DNA of 64,000 nucleotides from Candidatus Hydrogenedentota bacterium (GCA_022706235.1 JAKJCY010000001.1:19592-83591), one strand, 5' to 3'. Positions 1 through 10,380 are shown, numbered from the stretch's first letter. The notes: generated by a model from the sequence alone, not told the origin. Program-made: numbers and translations.

Positions 1-909
1 CTTCAAATGCAGGACGATACGGTCCTCCCCCCGTTTTATTTTGCCCGTTTCAGGCCTTTCGATCTTAAAATCCGCCACGGCGGCAGCGCCGATAATGATG
101 TCATATTCATTCATGCACGACAGCACCGCGTCATACATTTCATCCGCTGTGTTTACTTGAGTCGTTTTCACTCCAGAAGGGGGATTTACCTGTGCAGGAC
201 CTGTAATCATGCCCACTTCCGCACCCCGGCATAAGGCTTCAAGAGCCAAGGCTCGCCCCATTTTCCCGGAAGAACGGTTGCCGATGAAACGGACAGGGTC
301 TATGGGTTCGTGGTTCGGCCCGCTGGTTATTAAGACCCGTTTTCCGGAAAAGTCTTTATCCTGATGTACGGCACAGAACGCCGCATCGAGGATATCCGGG
401 ATATCGGCCAAGCGCCCGAGACCTTCCGTGCCACAAGCCAGCCTGCCCGAGGCCGGGCCTATAAAAGCGGCGCCGCGCTTGCGTAATATCTCGATATTTG
501 CCTGTGTCGCCGGATGGGTGTACATGTTGGTGTTCATGGCGGGTGCGTACAAGATCGGGGCGCGCGTGGCCAGTAATGTCGTACTGAGCCAGTCATCCGC
601 GATACCGCATGCCGCCTTCGCCAGGATGTTGGCCGTGGCCGGCGCGACAAGACACAGGTGCGCGCGCTGCGCGACGGCAATGTGCCCCTGTTCCGGACAT
701 GTAACAAGTGGAAACATGTCTGTAATGACGGGCGTTCCCGTAAGGGCTTCCAAGGCCGCAGGTTGTACCAGGTGCCGGGCCGAGGCGGTCAAGGCACAAT
801 CTACCCGTGCACCCTGTTCCCGGAGTCTGGAAGCCAACTCACACGCTTTATACGCCGCAATGGAACCGCATATCCCCAATAGCACGTTTTTTTCGGCGAA
901 GGGCAGCAT
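1..909 (-). CDS. coaBC: bifunctional phosphopantothenoylcysteine decarboxylase / phosphopantothenate-cysteine ligase, 3' end cut by the window edge
   Basis: Absent from the ORF track because no stop lies inside the window. Manual minus-strand translation from ATG (907-909) gives MLPFAEKNVLLGICGSIAAYKACELASRL...PATANILAKAACGIADDWLSTTLLA...KRVLITSGPNHEPIDPVRFIGNRSSGKMG, matching flavoprotein and DFP-type motifs. It follows rpoZ. Confidence 0.85.
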   Translation of the reverse strand, partial: MLPFAEKNVLLGICGSIAAYKACELASRLREQGARVDCALTASARHLVQPAALEALTGTPVITDMFPLVTCPEQGHIAVAQRAHLCLVAPATANILAKAACGIADDWLSTTLLATRAPILYAPAMNTNMYTHPATQANIEILRKRGAAFIGPASGRLACGTEGLGRLADIPDILDAAFCAVHQDKDFSGKRVLITSGPNHEPIDPVRFIGNRSSGKMGRALALEALCRGAEVGMITGPAQVNPPSGVKTTQVNTADEMYDAVLSCMNEYDIIIGAAAVADFKIERPETGKIKRGEDRIVLHLK

Positions 910-915
910 GGCTGA

Positions 916-1146
916 CTATTCTTCTGTTTCCAATGTCTCCTCTTCTCCGGAGGTGACATAAGACAGTTTCCCGGCCAAGACCTCCTCCAAGGCTTTTATC
1001 GTAGGTTTTTGTGACCGGAGGGAAGAGCCGAAGCTGCGTGGTTCATTCTTGGCCAGATGAATCGCACGGGCTGACGCCACAATCACAAGACGGTACAGAC
1101 TGTCAAATTTTTCCTTGAAATCATCTACACAATAGGGGGATGGCAT
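916..1146 (-). CDS. rpoZ: DNA-directed RNA polymerase subunit omega
   Basis: ORF 916..1191. An internal ATG at 1146 is preceded by AGGAG. KFDSLYRLVIVASARAIHL is a typical omega core, and the gene sits in gmk-rpoZ synteny. Confidence 0.8.
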   Translation of the reverse strand: MPSPYCVDDFKEKFDSLYRLVIVASARAIHLAKNEPRSFGSSLRSQKPTIKALEEVLAGKLSYVTSGEEETLETEE

Positions 1147-1234
1147 AAGAATACTCCTGTCTGCTTTACGATGTCGGGGGTTGCGAAGCAAAACACCGGC
1201 TACTCCCCTAACAGTATAGCATATAAAGGTTGTT

Positions 1235-1840
1235 TTACTTTAATTTTATGCCGCAGGCGTCTTCTGAGAACGCACTTCCCTCAATAATCTTAACCAGGGC
1301 TTTCGCCGCTACGTCCAGGTCATCATTTACGACACAATGATCGAATTCAGCAATGGCCGCCATCTCGTTGCGGGCGTTTTTCAGTCGAACTTCCATATCC
1401 GTGGGGGTGTTCACGCCCCGAAGGACTAGACGTTTTTTCAGGGTTTCCAGGTCGGGGGGTACAATAAATATCGAGCACATCTGCGGGTAAAGCCTTTTTA
1501 TGCTGCGCATGCCCTGCACATCTAATTCAAGCACTACCGTTCCTCCGGCAAGGAGTCGGCGTTCTATTTCAGATTTATGCGTGCCATAAAGATGTCCATG
1601 CACCTCCGCCCATTCCGCGAACCTGCCCGCTGTGATGTCTTCTAAAAATTGTTCGCGGGAGGTGAAGTAGTAGTCTTTAGCTTCCACTTCGCCGGGACGA
1701 GGAGGACGGGTGGTCGCGGAGACCGTCACGCTCAAATGCAGCAATTCACGGCGGACCATGCCCAGCAGGGTACTCTTTCCCGCACCGGAGGGAGCGGACA
1801 CTACAATAATACGGCCGGTTTCCGTCATTTTTTCAACCAC
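1235..1840 (-). CDS. gmk: guanylate kinase
   Basis: P-loop VVSAPSGAGKSTL, plus TTRPPRPGEVEAKDYYF. A GTG at 1840 overlaps the yicC stop by 1 nt. An alternative ATG lies at 1828. Confidence 0.9.
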   Translation of the reverse strand: MVEKMTETGRIIVVSAPSGAGKSTLLGMVRRELLHLSVTVSATTRPPRPGEVEAKDYYFTSREQFLEDITAGRFAEWAEVHGHLYGTHKSEIERRLLAGGTVVLELDVQGMRSIKRLYPQMCSIFIVPPDLETLKKRLVLRGVNTPTDMEVRLKNARNEMAAIAEFDHCVVNDDLDVAAKALVKIIEGSAFSEDACGIKLK

Positions 1841-2718
1841 TATTCGAGATTTTGGATTTGTTCGCGAATCTTTTCTATTTCCGTTTTGATTTCTATAATG
1901 TCCCTGCTTGCTTCAACATCACGCAACTTGGAGCCCAGGGTATTGGCTTCACGAAGCATTTCCTGCACGAGAAAATTCATATCCCGGCCTACGGGCCCGG
2001 CGGAGGCCATTATATCGCGCGCATGAACCATATGTGCCCTGAATCGTACCAGTTCTTCCGTAACATCCATGCGGTCCGCCATAAGGGCTACTTCCATGGC
2101 AAGACGCTCTTCTTTCACGCCCACCTCTGCGTTAACTTCTAAAATGCGGCGGCGCAGTTTTTCATCGTACAGTGAAAGCAGCTCTGGTGCGCGTTTTCCC
2201 ACGTTGTCCACGAGTATGTCGAGTGTTCCCAGATGTTCCGATATCGCCGAGCCCAGCGCAAGGCCTTCCTTCGCACGCACTTCATTAAGGCGGGAGACCG
2301 CTATTTTCAAGGCTTCTACGAGTTGGGAGGCGATTTCTTCAATATTCAATTCTTCATCCTCGGGCACAATGACACCCTCCAGGGCGATAAGGCTATCGAG
2401 AGACAAAGCATCGGTTGAAGACATCAAGTGCATCAGTCCCCGCGCAGCCTCGATATAAAAGCGCGCCCGCTCGGTGTCCAATCGAATTTTCGGCGCGACC
2501 CCGAGACTGCGGCCATGACGGATATTGATGGATACCTTTCCCCTGGATAAAAGGTCCTTTACGGTATCGCGCAAAGACGGCTCCAATACCGTCCATTGGT
2601 TTGGCAGGCGAAACGAAACGTCCAGAAACCGATGATTCACACTGCTGATCTCAATAACGGCGCTCTCTCCGCAGATTTCAGTCTCATATCGTGCAAACCC
2701 TGTCATACTGTATGCCAT
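1840..2718 (-). CDS. yicC: YicC-family stress-induced protein
   Basis: The ORF extends to 2820, but MAYSMTGFARYE at 2718 matches the usual YicC N-terminus (M..SMTGF). The C-terminal part resembles DUF1732. It lies upstream of gmk. Confidence 0.8.
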   Translation of the reverse strand: MAYSMTGFARYETEICGESAVIEISSVNHRFLDVSFRLPNQWTVLEPSLRDTVKDLLSRGKVSINIRHGRSLGVAPKIRLDTERARFYIEAARGLMHLMSSTDALSLDSLIALEGVIVPEDEELNIEEIASQLVEALKIAVSRLNEVRAKEGLALGSAISEHLGTLDILVDNVGKRAPELLSLYDEKLRRRILEVNAEVGVKEERLAMEVALMADRMDVTEELVRFRAHMVHARDIMASAGPVGRDMNFLVQEMLREANTLGSKLRDVEASRDIIEIKTEIEKIREQIQNLE

Positions 2719-3162
2719 GCTCGTAATCCCATGCCGGTTTATGATAATTAATTCATTGGTCTCACTCTTTAGTGCCGAGTATGTTCGCTTAAGTATATAC
2801 CACCGCTTCTGCATCCACAAAAACGTGCAGATGGAGTATTTTCGTTCACGATGGGACCAGAATCCGCATGTAAGAAACCGAGTCGTCGGGGTAAAGCCAA
2901 TAAGGACAAGTAGGGTAGAAGTGGCATCCTGCCGCTTTGCATCAAGACGGACATGCGGGCCGCAGTCACGATGGAAGCTTCAGGATGCCGCTTCTGCGTT
3001 CTCGCCATTCCTTACGTGCGGATTTAGGTGGGATGTGTGTCATGGTATTTATCCCGAAGAATACGGTATGCTTTACGCTATCGTTAAGACAAAATATTCG
3101 GGAGGGTGCAACCTCGAGAAATCTATTTCTCGTGGTTTGTGCCGCTCAGATAAAGGATAGGT

Positions 3163-6100
3163 ATGGATTTTATTCTAAGTAAAGAAGAAAACGAAGCCTT
3201 ATTCCACTTCGGCCTCGCCGTGAATGTCGAGGCCCGGAATCGTTTCTTGGTAGAGGACCTTATAGTGCGGGCGAACGCCGGAATCACGTCACGCCAGACA
3301 CAATTCGCCAGCCTGCTTGCGGACGCTTTTAATGGATATCGAAGTCACGCTTCTGCCGATTTTCCCGCAGCCCGTTCCGGCGAAGTATTGGCGTTGATGT
3401 TGCTTCATGAAGTTTATCGGCATTTGATTGCACTGCATTCGCTTTTGCGATACCCACGTATGCTTGCCGACGGGTTGACCCATGTCCGCGAAACCCTTGG
3501 TCAAGAACAGACTGAAAACGTGTTTACCGCTCTCATGTACTACTATCCTTTACGACCAATGTCGGGGTCAGGAATGTCGTCCACGGAATATCTTGCCGGG
3601 TCTGATGGAAGAATGCCGAATATCGAACGTATTTTATGGGAAATAATGATTCTTCAGGTCGACCACGAAAATCCCGCATTGCAGAAATACCGGGAACTTT
3701 TTGACGATGCCGCCGTATGTGCCCATGCGCCCCTGCGTGAATTCATGCATCAATTTGACCTTTGGCTGCAACGTCAACCTCCTTCGCCCGATACTAATTT
3801 AACGTTGCTTGAAACGCTGCGGGAACCTGCCCGTGCGTGCCCTGGCTCCCTGGAAGGGCAAATCGAATACATTATGGATCGGTGGCGGTCCGTGCTGCCC
3901 CCCCTTCTTTTTGAGCAGTGGCTGATCGCCCGGGGGATTATGCGGGAAGAGACTTTGTACAGAGGACACGGCGGGGGCCCGGCCTATGCTCCCTCGTTTA
4001 CCGGAGAGGAGTATGCCGAGCCGGAGGCGTTTACTCCGGATGAAGACTGGATGCCGAAGGTCGTCCTCCTGGCCAAACTGGCCTATGTCTGGCTGGACCA
4101 ACTTTCAAGAAAATACGGCAGGCGGCTCTCCTATCTGAGCGACATACCGGATGCGGAACTCGACCTTCTGGCGCGGTGGGGGTTTAATGGATTATGGCTC
4201 ATCGGCGTGTGGGAGCGGTCGCCTGCCTCCCAGGAAATAAAGCAGCGCATGGGCAACCCGGAAGCCGCCGCTTCCGCCTATAGCCTCTACGACTACACAA
4301 TCGCACAGGATCTGGGTGGCGAAGCCGCCTTGCAGGACCTGGCCCGCCGGGCACGGCAGCGCGGCATTCGTCTGGCTGGAGATATGGTGCCCAATCATAT
4401 GGGCTTGTATTCAAAGTGGGTTATCGAGCATCCTGAACGGTTTTTACAGGTCGATATTCCCCCATTTCCCGCCTACTCCTTTTCAGGGCCGGACCTGTCC
4501 AAAGATGAACGGGTCGGCCTGTTTATCGAAGAAGGGTATTGGACTAATCGCGACGCCGCAGTGGTTTTCAAACGCACGGACAAATGGACCGGGGGAAGCG
4601 TCTATATTTACCATGGTAACGACGGGACGAGTATGCCATGGAACGATACGGCCCAACTGAATTTTTTGCGGCAAGACACACGAGAAGCCGTTATTCAGAC
4701 TATTATTCAGGTGGCGCGTCGTTTCCCCATTATTCGATTCGACGCCGCTATGACCCTGGCAAAGCGGCATTACCAGCGACTCTGGTTTCCCAAGCCCGGC
4801 GACGGCGGCGCCATCCCTTCAAGAGCCGCCTTCGGCGTGTCCAAACAAGACTTTGACCAGGTATTCCCCATGGAATTCTGGCGGGAGGTTGTTGACCGGA
4901 TTGCGGCGGAGGCCCCCGATACCTTGTTGCTTGCGGAAGCCTTCTGGTTAATGGAAGGCTACTTTGTGCGGACGTTGGGCATGCATCGCGTCTACAACAG
5001 CGCTTTTATGAACATGTTAAAGATGGAGGACAACAGCAAATATCGTCAGACGATTAAAAATGTTCTTGAATTCACTCCGGAAGTACTCCAGCGCTTTGTA
5101 AACTTCATGAATAACCCCGATGAAGATACGGCGGAGGCTCAATTTGGAAAGGGCGACAAATATTTCGGCGTGGCGGCGATGCTGGTAACCATGCCGGGCC
5201 TCCCCATGTTTGGACATGGACAGGTGGAGGGGTTTACGGAAAAATACGGCATGGAATACCGTCGTGCCTATCGAGACGAACCGTGCGACGAGGCTTTCAT
5301 GGAACGACACGAGCGGGAGATATTTCCGCTGATGCGCAAGCGTTACCTGTTCAGCGATGCACGTAATTTTGCCCTCTTTGATTTTACCACCGTTGAGGGG
5401 TGGGTGGACGAAAATGTCTTTGCCTATTCCAACCGTTGCGACGGGGAGCACGCCCTGATGGTTTACAACAACGCCTATACAACAACACGCGGCGTTCTGC
5501 ATACCTCCACGGCCACCAACGTGGGTAAAGGAGAAGAACGGATACTAGAACGCCGTTCTTTGTTAGAAGCGCTTGATCTGGATAAGGATCCGCGTGCATA
5601 TGTCATTTGGCGAGACATGCGGACCGGACTCGAATATCTGCACCACTGCAACAGCCTGACCAAGAACGGCATTCATTTGGAGTTACACGCCTACGAATAC
5701 AAGGCTTTCTTCTTTATACGCCGGTTGTATGACACGGACAACAGTTGGGGACGCCTTCATGGTCAGCTTAAGGGCATGGGCGTGCCTAGTATTCAGGAAG
5801 CATACCTTGAGATGCACCTCGCCGGTATCCTGGAACCCTTCCGTAATTTTATGACCCCCGATATGATTCGACATGTCCTTCTCGATAATGAAGAGCCCGG
5901 TGGGTTGGGTCCGCACCATGCGTTATTGATGGATTTCTTGAAGGCTATAAATACCTTTTTAGGCAGCAAAAACGATGTGGCCTCTGTGGTAAACCACATA
6001 GAAAGAAAATTAGCCGTCCTGCGCAAAATAATGCGAACCCGTGCCGGTCTCAAATTGCCGAAGCCCGTGCTTCAGTACCTGCGAAAAAACCTGCCGGACG

Positions 6101-6693
6101 ACACCAACCTGTCCGACGCGGGACTTGCTTTCTGGCGGGTGCCGCTGGCGTTTTGCCTGCTAAGGGCTATTGGGGTGCTTCATGCGAAGAATGATGCTGA
6201 CAGCGCTGCGAAAAAGCCGCAACGGAACCGCAAGGAACTGTATACTTCTCCCGCCGAGGAAAAGACAAGCGGCCGGTTAATGCGGGAATGGCTTCTGATA
6301 AAGCAAGTGGCGAAGGCTTTTGAAGCACTGGACGGCAATACCTGGCAGGCATGGCGGGATGGTCGACTCGTGAGCGTTTGCCTGGCCCACCGCGTGGACA
6401 TGCTCTCCCTGGAAACGGAAATATGGGGCCCCGTACTTTATGACCTGTTCGAAAGTGATGAAATGCGCCAGGTGCTTATGACACATTGGCATGCTGGACG
6501 CCGATATATCAACAAGGAGCAACTGGAACGTTCGCTGCTAATGCTCCTTTTGGTAAATCTCATCATGCTGGACACGAAAAAGAAGGCGGATAACGAAAAG
6601 TTTATCGAATGTTATGAAAACATGCAGGATATCCTGTTGACTGCTTCTGATACGGGATATGATATCAATTTTACAGTAAGTGTGCTGAAGTAA
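3163..6693 (+). CDS. large alpha-amylase-family (GH13-like) protein, 1176 aa
   Basis: GH13 regions are recognisable: I DMVPNH, II IIRFDAAMTL, III LLLAEAFW, IV FMNNPDE. The catalytic core covers only about residues 340-650. Confidence 0.75.
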   Translation: MDFILSKEENEALFHFGLAVNVEARNRFLVEDLIVRANAGITSRQTQFASLLADAFNGYRSHASADFPAARSGEVLALMLLHEVYRHLIALHSLLRYPRMLADGLTHVRETLGQEQTENVFTALMYYYPLRPMSGSGMSSTEYLAGSDGRMPNIERILWEIMILQVDHENPALQKYRELFDDAAVCAHAPLREFMHQFDLWLQRQPPSPDTNLTLLETLREPARACPGSLEGQIEYIMDRWRSVLPPLLFEQWLIARGIMREETLYRGHGGGPAYAPSFTGEEYAEPEAFTPDEDWMPKVVLLAKLAYVWLDQLSRKYGRRLSYLSDIPDAELDLLARWGFNGLWLIGVWERSPASQEIKQRMGNPEAAASAYSLYDYTIAQDLGGEAALQDLARRARQRGIRLAGDMVPNHMGLYSKWVIEHPERFLQVDIPPFPAYSFSGPDLSKDERVGLFIEEGYWTNRDAAVVFKRTDKWTGGSVYIYHGNDGTSMPWNDTAQLNFLRQDTREAVIQTIIQVARRFPIIRFDAAMTLAKRHYQRLWFPKPGDGGAIPSRAAFGVSKQDFDQVFPMEFWREVVDRIAAEAPDTLLLAEAFWLMEGYFVRTLGMHRVYNSAFMNMLKMEDNSKYRQTIKNVLEFTPEVLQRFVNFMNNPDEDTAEAQFGKGDKYFGVAAMLVTMPGLPMFGHGQVEGFTEKYGMEYRRAYRDEPCDEAFMERHEREIFPLMRKRYLFSDARNFALFDFTTVEGWVDENVFAYSNRCDGEHALMVYNNAYTTTRGVLHTSTATNVGKGEERILERRSLLEALDLDKDPRAYVIWRDMRTGLEYLHHCNSLTKNGIHLELHAYEYKAFFFIRRLYDTDNSWGRLHGQLKGMGVPSIQEAYLEMHLAGILEPFRNFMTPDMIRHVLLDNEEPGGLGPHHALLMDFLKAINTFLGSKNDVASVVNHIERKLAVLRKIMRTRAGLKLPKPVLQYLRKNLPDDTNLSDAGLAFWRVPLAFCLLRAIGVLHAKNDADSAAKKPQRNRKELYTSPAEEKTSGRLMREWLLIKQVAKAFEALDGNTWQAWRDGRLVSVCLAHRVDMLSLETEIWGPVLYDLFESDEMRQVLMTHWHAGRRYINKEQLERSLLMLLLVNLIMLDTKKKADNEKFIECYENMQDILLTASDTGYDINFTVSVLK

Positions 6694-6713
6694 AACCTCG
6701 GGAGAATCAGGTT

Positions 6714-7514
6714 ATGGTTTCGATATGTGTAGCCGGCGCACTCGGTCGTATGGGGCATCGAATTCTGGAACTCGCGGCGGAAACAGAAAACACCACCATA
6801 GGCGGTGCCTTTGACATGCCCCAATTCGCCGGAAGAGAATTACAGGTGATTAACCGGGAAGGTATGCCACAGACAATTACGATTGGGGCCGATGTCGCCT
6901 CAGAGATTGCACAAGCGGACGTTTTAATAGACTTTACAAACGCCGACTCCTGCATTGACAACGTACGCGCCGCATCGCAGGCGAGGCGGTCAGCAGTAGT
7001 AGGGGTTACCGGATTATCCGAGTCACAGGTGGAAGAACTGCAGGACAGGTCCCGGGACACGGCCATTGTCTACGCGCCCAACATGAGCCTGGGCGTCAAC
7101 CTGCTTTTTAAACTCACGGAAGAAGTGGCACGCTTGCTGGGCCTCGCCTACAACGTGGAGATCACGGAAATCCACCATAATCAGAAAAAAGACAGTCCCA
7201 GTGGTACGGCGGTTCGACTGGCGGAACAGGCGGCACACGGATTAGGGTTGGAGTATCCCGCTGAAGCCGTTTTCGGACGGGAAGGCCTCGTGGGCGCGCG
7301 TCCTGAACGCCAAATCGGGATACATGCCCTGCGCGGCGGGGATGTTGTCGGCGAACATACTGTGGCGTTCATTGGAGCCGGAGAACGTATCGAACTTACA
7401 CATAAGGCACACAGCCGCGACAATTTCGCTCGGGGAGCGTTGCGGGCCGCTCATTTTGCGGCCTCGGCCTCTCCCGGACTGTATGATATGCAGGACGTGT
7501 TGGGATTAAGGTAA
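6714..7514 (+). CDS. dapB: 4-hydroxy-tetrahydrodipicolinate reductase
   Basis: ICVAGALGRMG NAD-binding motif, and EITEIHHNQKKDSPSGTA, the DapB signature. Confidence 0.9.
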   Translation: MVSICVAGALGRMGHRILELAAETENTTIGGAFDMPQFAGRELQVINREGMPQTITIGADVASEIAQADVLIDFTNADSCIDNVRAASQARRSAVVGVTGLSESQVEELQDRSRDTAIVYAPNMSLGVNLLFKLTEEVARLLGLAYNVEITEIHHNQKKDSPSGTAVRLAEQAAHGLGLEYPAEAVFGREGLVGARPERQIGIHALRGGDVVGEHTVAFIGAGERIELTHKAHSRDNFARGALRAAHFAASASPGLYDMQDVLGLR

Positions 7515-7560
7515 TCCTACAGCCCCTCTCTCCCAGTTTTCTTGTGAATTCCTGATTTGT

Positions 7561-8559
7561 TTAATCTTCCTGTGTTGGACGTGCCGGCTCGGGCAGATTG
7601 CGTAATAAAGCCGGACCTTCGGTCCAAAGCCACCATAAGTGTTCCAACGTGGGCGTCAATCGGTCATAGGTTCTGACCGTTGCCGGGGCTAAGGCGTGTT
7701 CCCAGGCATTCCGCTGTGCGCCGCTGTCGCAGCTTGCCAGATACACATACCGTAAAGCGGTATTGTTATCGGGACGCGGAACGTCTTCCGGCTGATAATA
7801 CTTACCGTCAAGGAGCAGGCCGGCGGCAGTGCCATGAGACCCCACAAAAACAAACGTACCTTTGAGGACGGCATCATCCAAAGACTCCCGGGTGAGCGGC
7901 CGCAGCAGGGCGCTGCCGGGGCCCCATCGTCGGACAGAAGTGCTTGCCATGCGATACATGGCCAGGGAAAAAAGGGGGCGTGGTACAAAGCCCAAATCAT
8001 CGTAAAGTAAAAAAGTTCTGGCACGGGAAGCCTCTTGTGTTAACAGCCGTTCCCCACGTATGGTTAAGGATGTCGCCAGGAAGCAGGTGATAAAAAAAAG
8101 ATTGAGGAAAATCATACCCGTCTTCTGAAACATAGTGCACTTGAAAAGCCAGCCGATAATAGGGACAGGGGCTGTTGAACCTCGCAGACAACGCCAAATG
8201 CCGTACAGCCAGAATATCCCCCACACCAGTAGACTTTTGCGTGTCAAACTGAGTATCCAGAGTTCGACGCGCTGTGTATCCACCTCGTTCCTGAAATACA
8301 CCATGAGCATCGACAGCACTGCCACGGATATCAGAAGCAAAAACGTTATGAGGCCCAAAAGGGCCCATAGGATTAACGCTTGTTTTCTATGGCTTTTCCA
8401 GTATAAAGAGGCGGTGTTGTTACGGCGAGTCCACGTCAGTGGCGCAAAACCAAAATAAAGCAGGAGGGCGAGGAGACGAACCCTCTTTTTAGGGTGGATA
8501 TCTTGCCCGTTTTTGGGATAAGGGCCGTCTGTTTCTGTCGATTGGTCACAGGGAGCCAT
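7561..8559 (-). CDS. hypothetical membrane protein with a C-terminal His/Cys (caspase-like?) domain
   Basis: About four hydrophobic helices in the N-terminal half. The C-terminal soluble part carries FVFVGSHG and RYVYLASCDSG. I recognised no family. Confidence 0.5.
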   Translation of the reverse strand: MAPCDQSTETDGPYPKNGQDIHPKKRVRLLALLLYFGFAPLTWTRRNNTASLYWKSHRKQALILWALLGLITFLLLISVAVLSMLMVYFRNEVDTQRVELWILSLTRKSLLVWGIFWLYGIWRCLRGSTAPVPIIGWLFKCTMFQKTGMIFLNLFFITCFLATSLTIRGERLLTQEASRARTFLLYDDLGFVPRPLFSLAMYRMASTSVRRWGPGSALLRPLTRESLDDAVLKGTFVFVGSHGTAAGLLLDGKYYQPEDVPRPDNNTALRYVYLASCDSGAQRNAWEHALAPATVRTYDRLTPTLEHLWWLWTEGPALLRNLPEPARPTQED

Positions 8560-8603
8560 GGAATTCTCTTCGCGCAGCGTGACGGTGGTTTTCGTTTCTT
8601 TTT

Positions 8604-9230
8604 TTAAAAAAGACCCTTCAGAAATTCCCGAACAATGTCAATCCCTTCCCATCCGAAATAAATCAGTGCGGACAACACGGTAAGGGTCAGCGCGACGCCG
8701 GCCAAAGAGGCGAGTACCCCGGCAATGGATAACAGACCGTCTTCCTCCAGCATACCCAGTCCGATCAGGAAAACGCCGAATGCGGGTGCGGTGTTGGTCA
8801 ACGGAACGGGAATAATCATGGAGGTACCGCAAATCAACACAATAAGCGCCAGTAACCGAAACGTAATTGCATTTTCAAAGACGAATCCCAGTCGGGGCCG
8901 TATAAAGAACTCAATAATACGCAGAAAGAAGACCATGGTCTTGATTAGCCGGGGCCGCTCCCCCACGTTGACTTCCTTTTCAAGGATGCGTTTAGGAAGC
9001 CACGGGAAGTCGCGTCGGTTGAAAAGTTGCAACCCTAATATTACCAGGATAATGCCAAAGGGAGTGGAATAACCGGGCGCCGGCAAGGGCATGGCGGACG
9101 GTATGGAAAAAATAACCAGCAAAATACCGAAACTTTTGACGCTGACCCGGTCAACGATAGTCTGTACCGTGACGCGCGCGCCGCTTTCGCCTACAGCAAA
9201 TATGGTGGTTACATTTTCTGATAATCGCAT
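8604..9230 (-). CDS. ExoD-like membrane protein
   Basis: Multi-pass 208-aa ORF. LLVIFSIPSAMPLPAPGYSTPFGIILVILGLQLF..WLP resembles the ExoD family as I remember it. Confidence 0.5.
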   Translation of the reverse strand: MRLSENVTTIFAVGESGARVTVQTIVDRVSVKSFGILLVIFSIPSAMPLPAPGYSTPFGIILVILGLQLFNRRDFPWLPKRILEKEVNVGERPRLIKTMVFFLRIIEFFIRPRLGFVFENAITFRLLALIVLICGTSMIIPVPLTNTAPAFGVFLIGLGMLEEDGLLSIAGVLASLAGVALTLTVLSALIYFGWEGIDIVREFLKGLF

Positions 9231-9488
9231 CGAGATTTCTCCACATCCCCTAAGGATTTAAAACGATACGGGTACTACGTGTAACCCGCCTGTACGTCAT
9301 TGCGAACGAAGTGAACCCATCTCATTTGTATTGAGCCTGAATTACGTTGAGATCGCTGCGCTACGCTCGGGATTACAAGGGAAACGCGCTTGTCTTTCTT
9401 CAGTGAATCACTACCGAAGAAATGTTTAACAACGAATGCTTTCGGTGCGTGCAGCGAAACCAATACGGCAAAGATGGCTGCCACACTA

Positions 9489-10253
9489 TTATAAAGAATC
9501 AGGGCAGGTAAAGGCCGATCTCAACACTTCCAACGCATCATAGTCGGTTATGTTCCGTCGTAGTGGAGTTATGCTGACCTGATTCCTGTGTATCGCTTCA
9601 AAATCGGAACCTTCATGTATATAGTGGTCGGGTTCCGCACCGCCGATCCAGTAATAGGTGCCGTTTCGCGGATCTTTCCGTTCCACAATTTCATCCTGGT
9701 AATTGCGCCTTCCCATCGAAGTTAGCGCCATGCCTGCAATAGATTCCAGAGGCTGGTTGGGCACATTAACGTTCAACATGACATCTTTGGGCAACCCTGT
9801 ATTCAAGATATATTCGGCAACACAGGAAGCCACCCGTTTTGTCGGTTCATAACTATTGGGATGAGAACTGATAATAGAGATGGCAAAAGATGGAATACCT
9901 AGCAGCATGCCTTCAAAAGCGCCCGCGACCGTGCCGGAATAGGTCACATCATCGCCGAGATTCGCCCCGGGGTTAATGCCCGATACGACAAGGTCGGGGC
10001 GGCATCCGAGCAGCTTTCTCACCGCAAGAATCATGCAATCGGCGGGCGTACCGTCTATCATATACCAACCCGACTGGGTTTCGGTCACCCGCAACGGGTG
10101 GTGCAGGCTTACCCCGTGGCCCACCGCACTGCGCTGACGATCAGGGGCATAGACAAAAATATTGCCCAAGCCGGAAAGCGCTTCGGCGAGATGGGTAAGT
10201 CCGGGTGCACGGATACCGTCATCATTGGTCAGTAAAATTGTAGGAGGAGTCAT
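9489..10253 (-). CDS. surE: 5'/3'-nucleotidase SurE
   Basis: MTPPTILLTNDDGIRAPGL and VVSGINPGANLGDDVTYSGTVAGA. The start is taken at the internal ATG 10253, not the ORF-track start 10361. Confidence 0.9.
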   Translation of the reverse strand: MTPPTILLTNDDGIRAPGLTHLAEALSGLGNIFVYAPDRQRSAVGHGVSLHHPLRVTETQSGWYMIDGTPADCMILAVRKLLGCRPDLVVSGINPGANLGDDVTYSGTVAGAFEGMLLGIPSFAISIISSHPNSYEPTKRVASCVAEYILNTGLPKDVMLNVNVPNQPLESIAGMALTSMGRRNYQDEIVERKDPRNGTYYWIGGAEPDHYIHEGSDFEAIHRNQVSITPLRRNITDYDALEVLRSAFTCPDSL

Positions 10254-10380
10254 ATTCGTCTCTTGAATGTTTATCGGGTGTGTCCCCCGGAATTGGAACC
10301 TGTTCGTATGCGCAAAAGTGTATCTAAAGGACCCCCAGCGATTCAATAAGATGCTGGACAAGGTTTTTCGTTTCGTTCTC

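Noticed and set aside
428-961. Plus-strand ORFs 428..961 and 658..882, and minus-strand ORF 593..799
   Set aside because: They are Ala/Arg-rich shadow frames. The minus strand in another frame gives an unmistakable CoaBC translation across 1-909, so these are antisense or off-frame artefacts.
9231-9488. ORF 9275..9484 (-) and a possible repeat in the exoD-surE spacer
   Set aside because: The peptide (…VIPSVAQRSQRNSG…FVRNDVQ) looks like junk translation of the kind REP-type sequence yields. I found no second copy in this window and no clear secondary structure, so there is nothing to support a feature.
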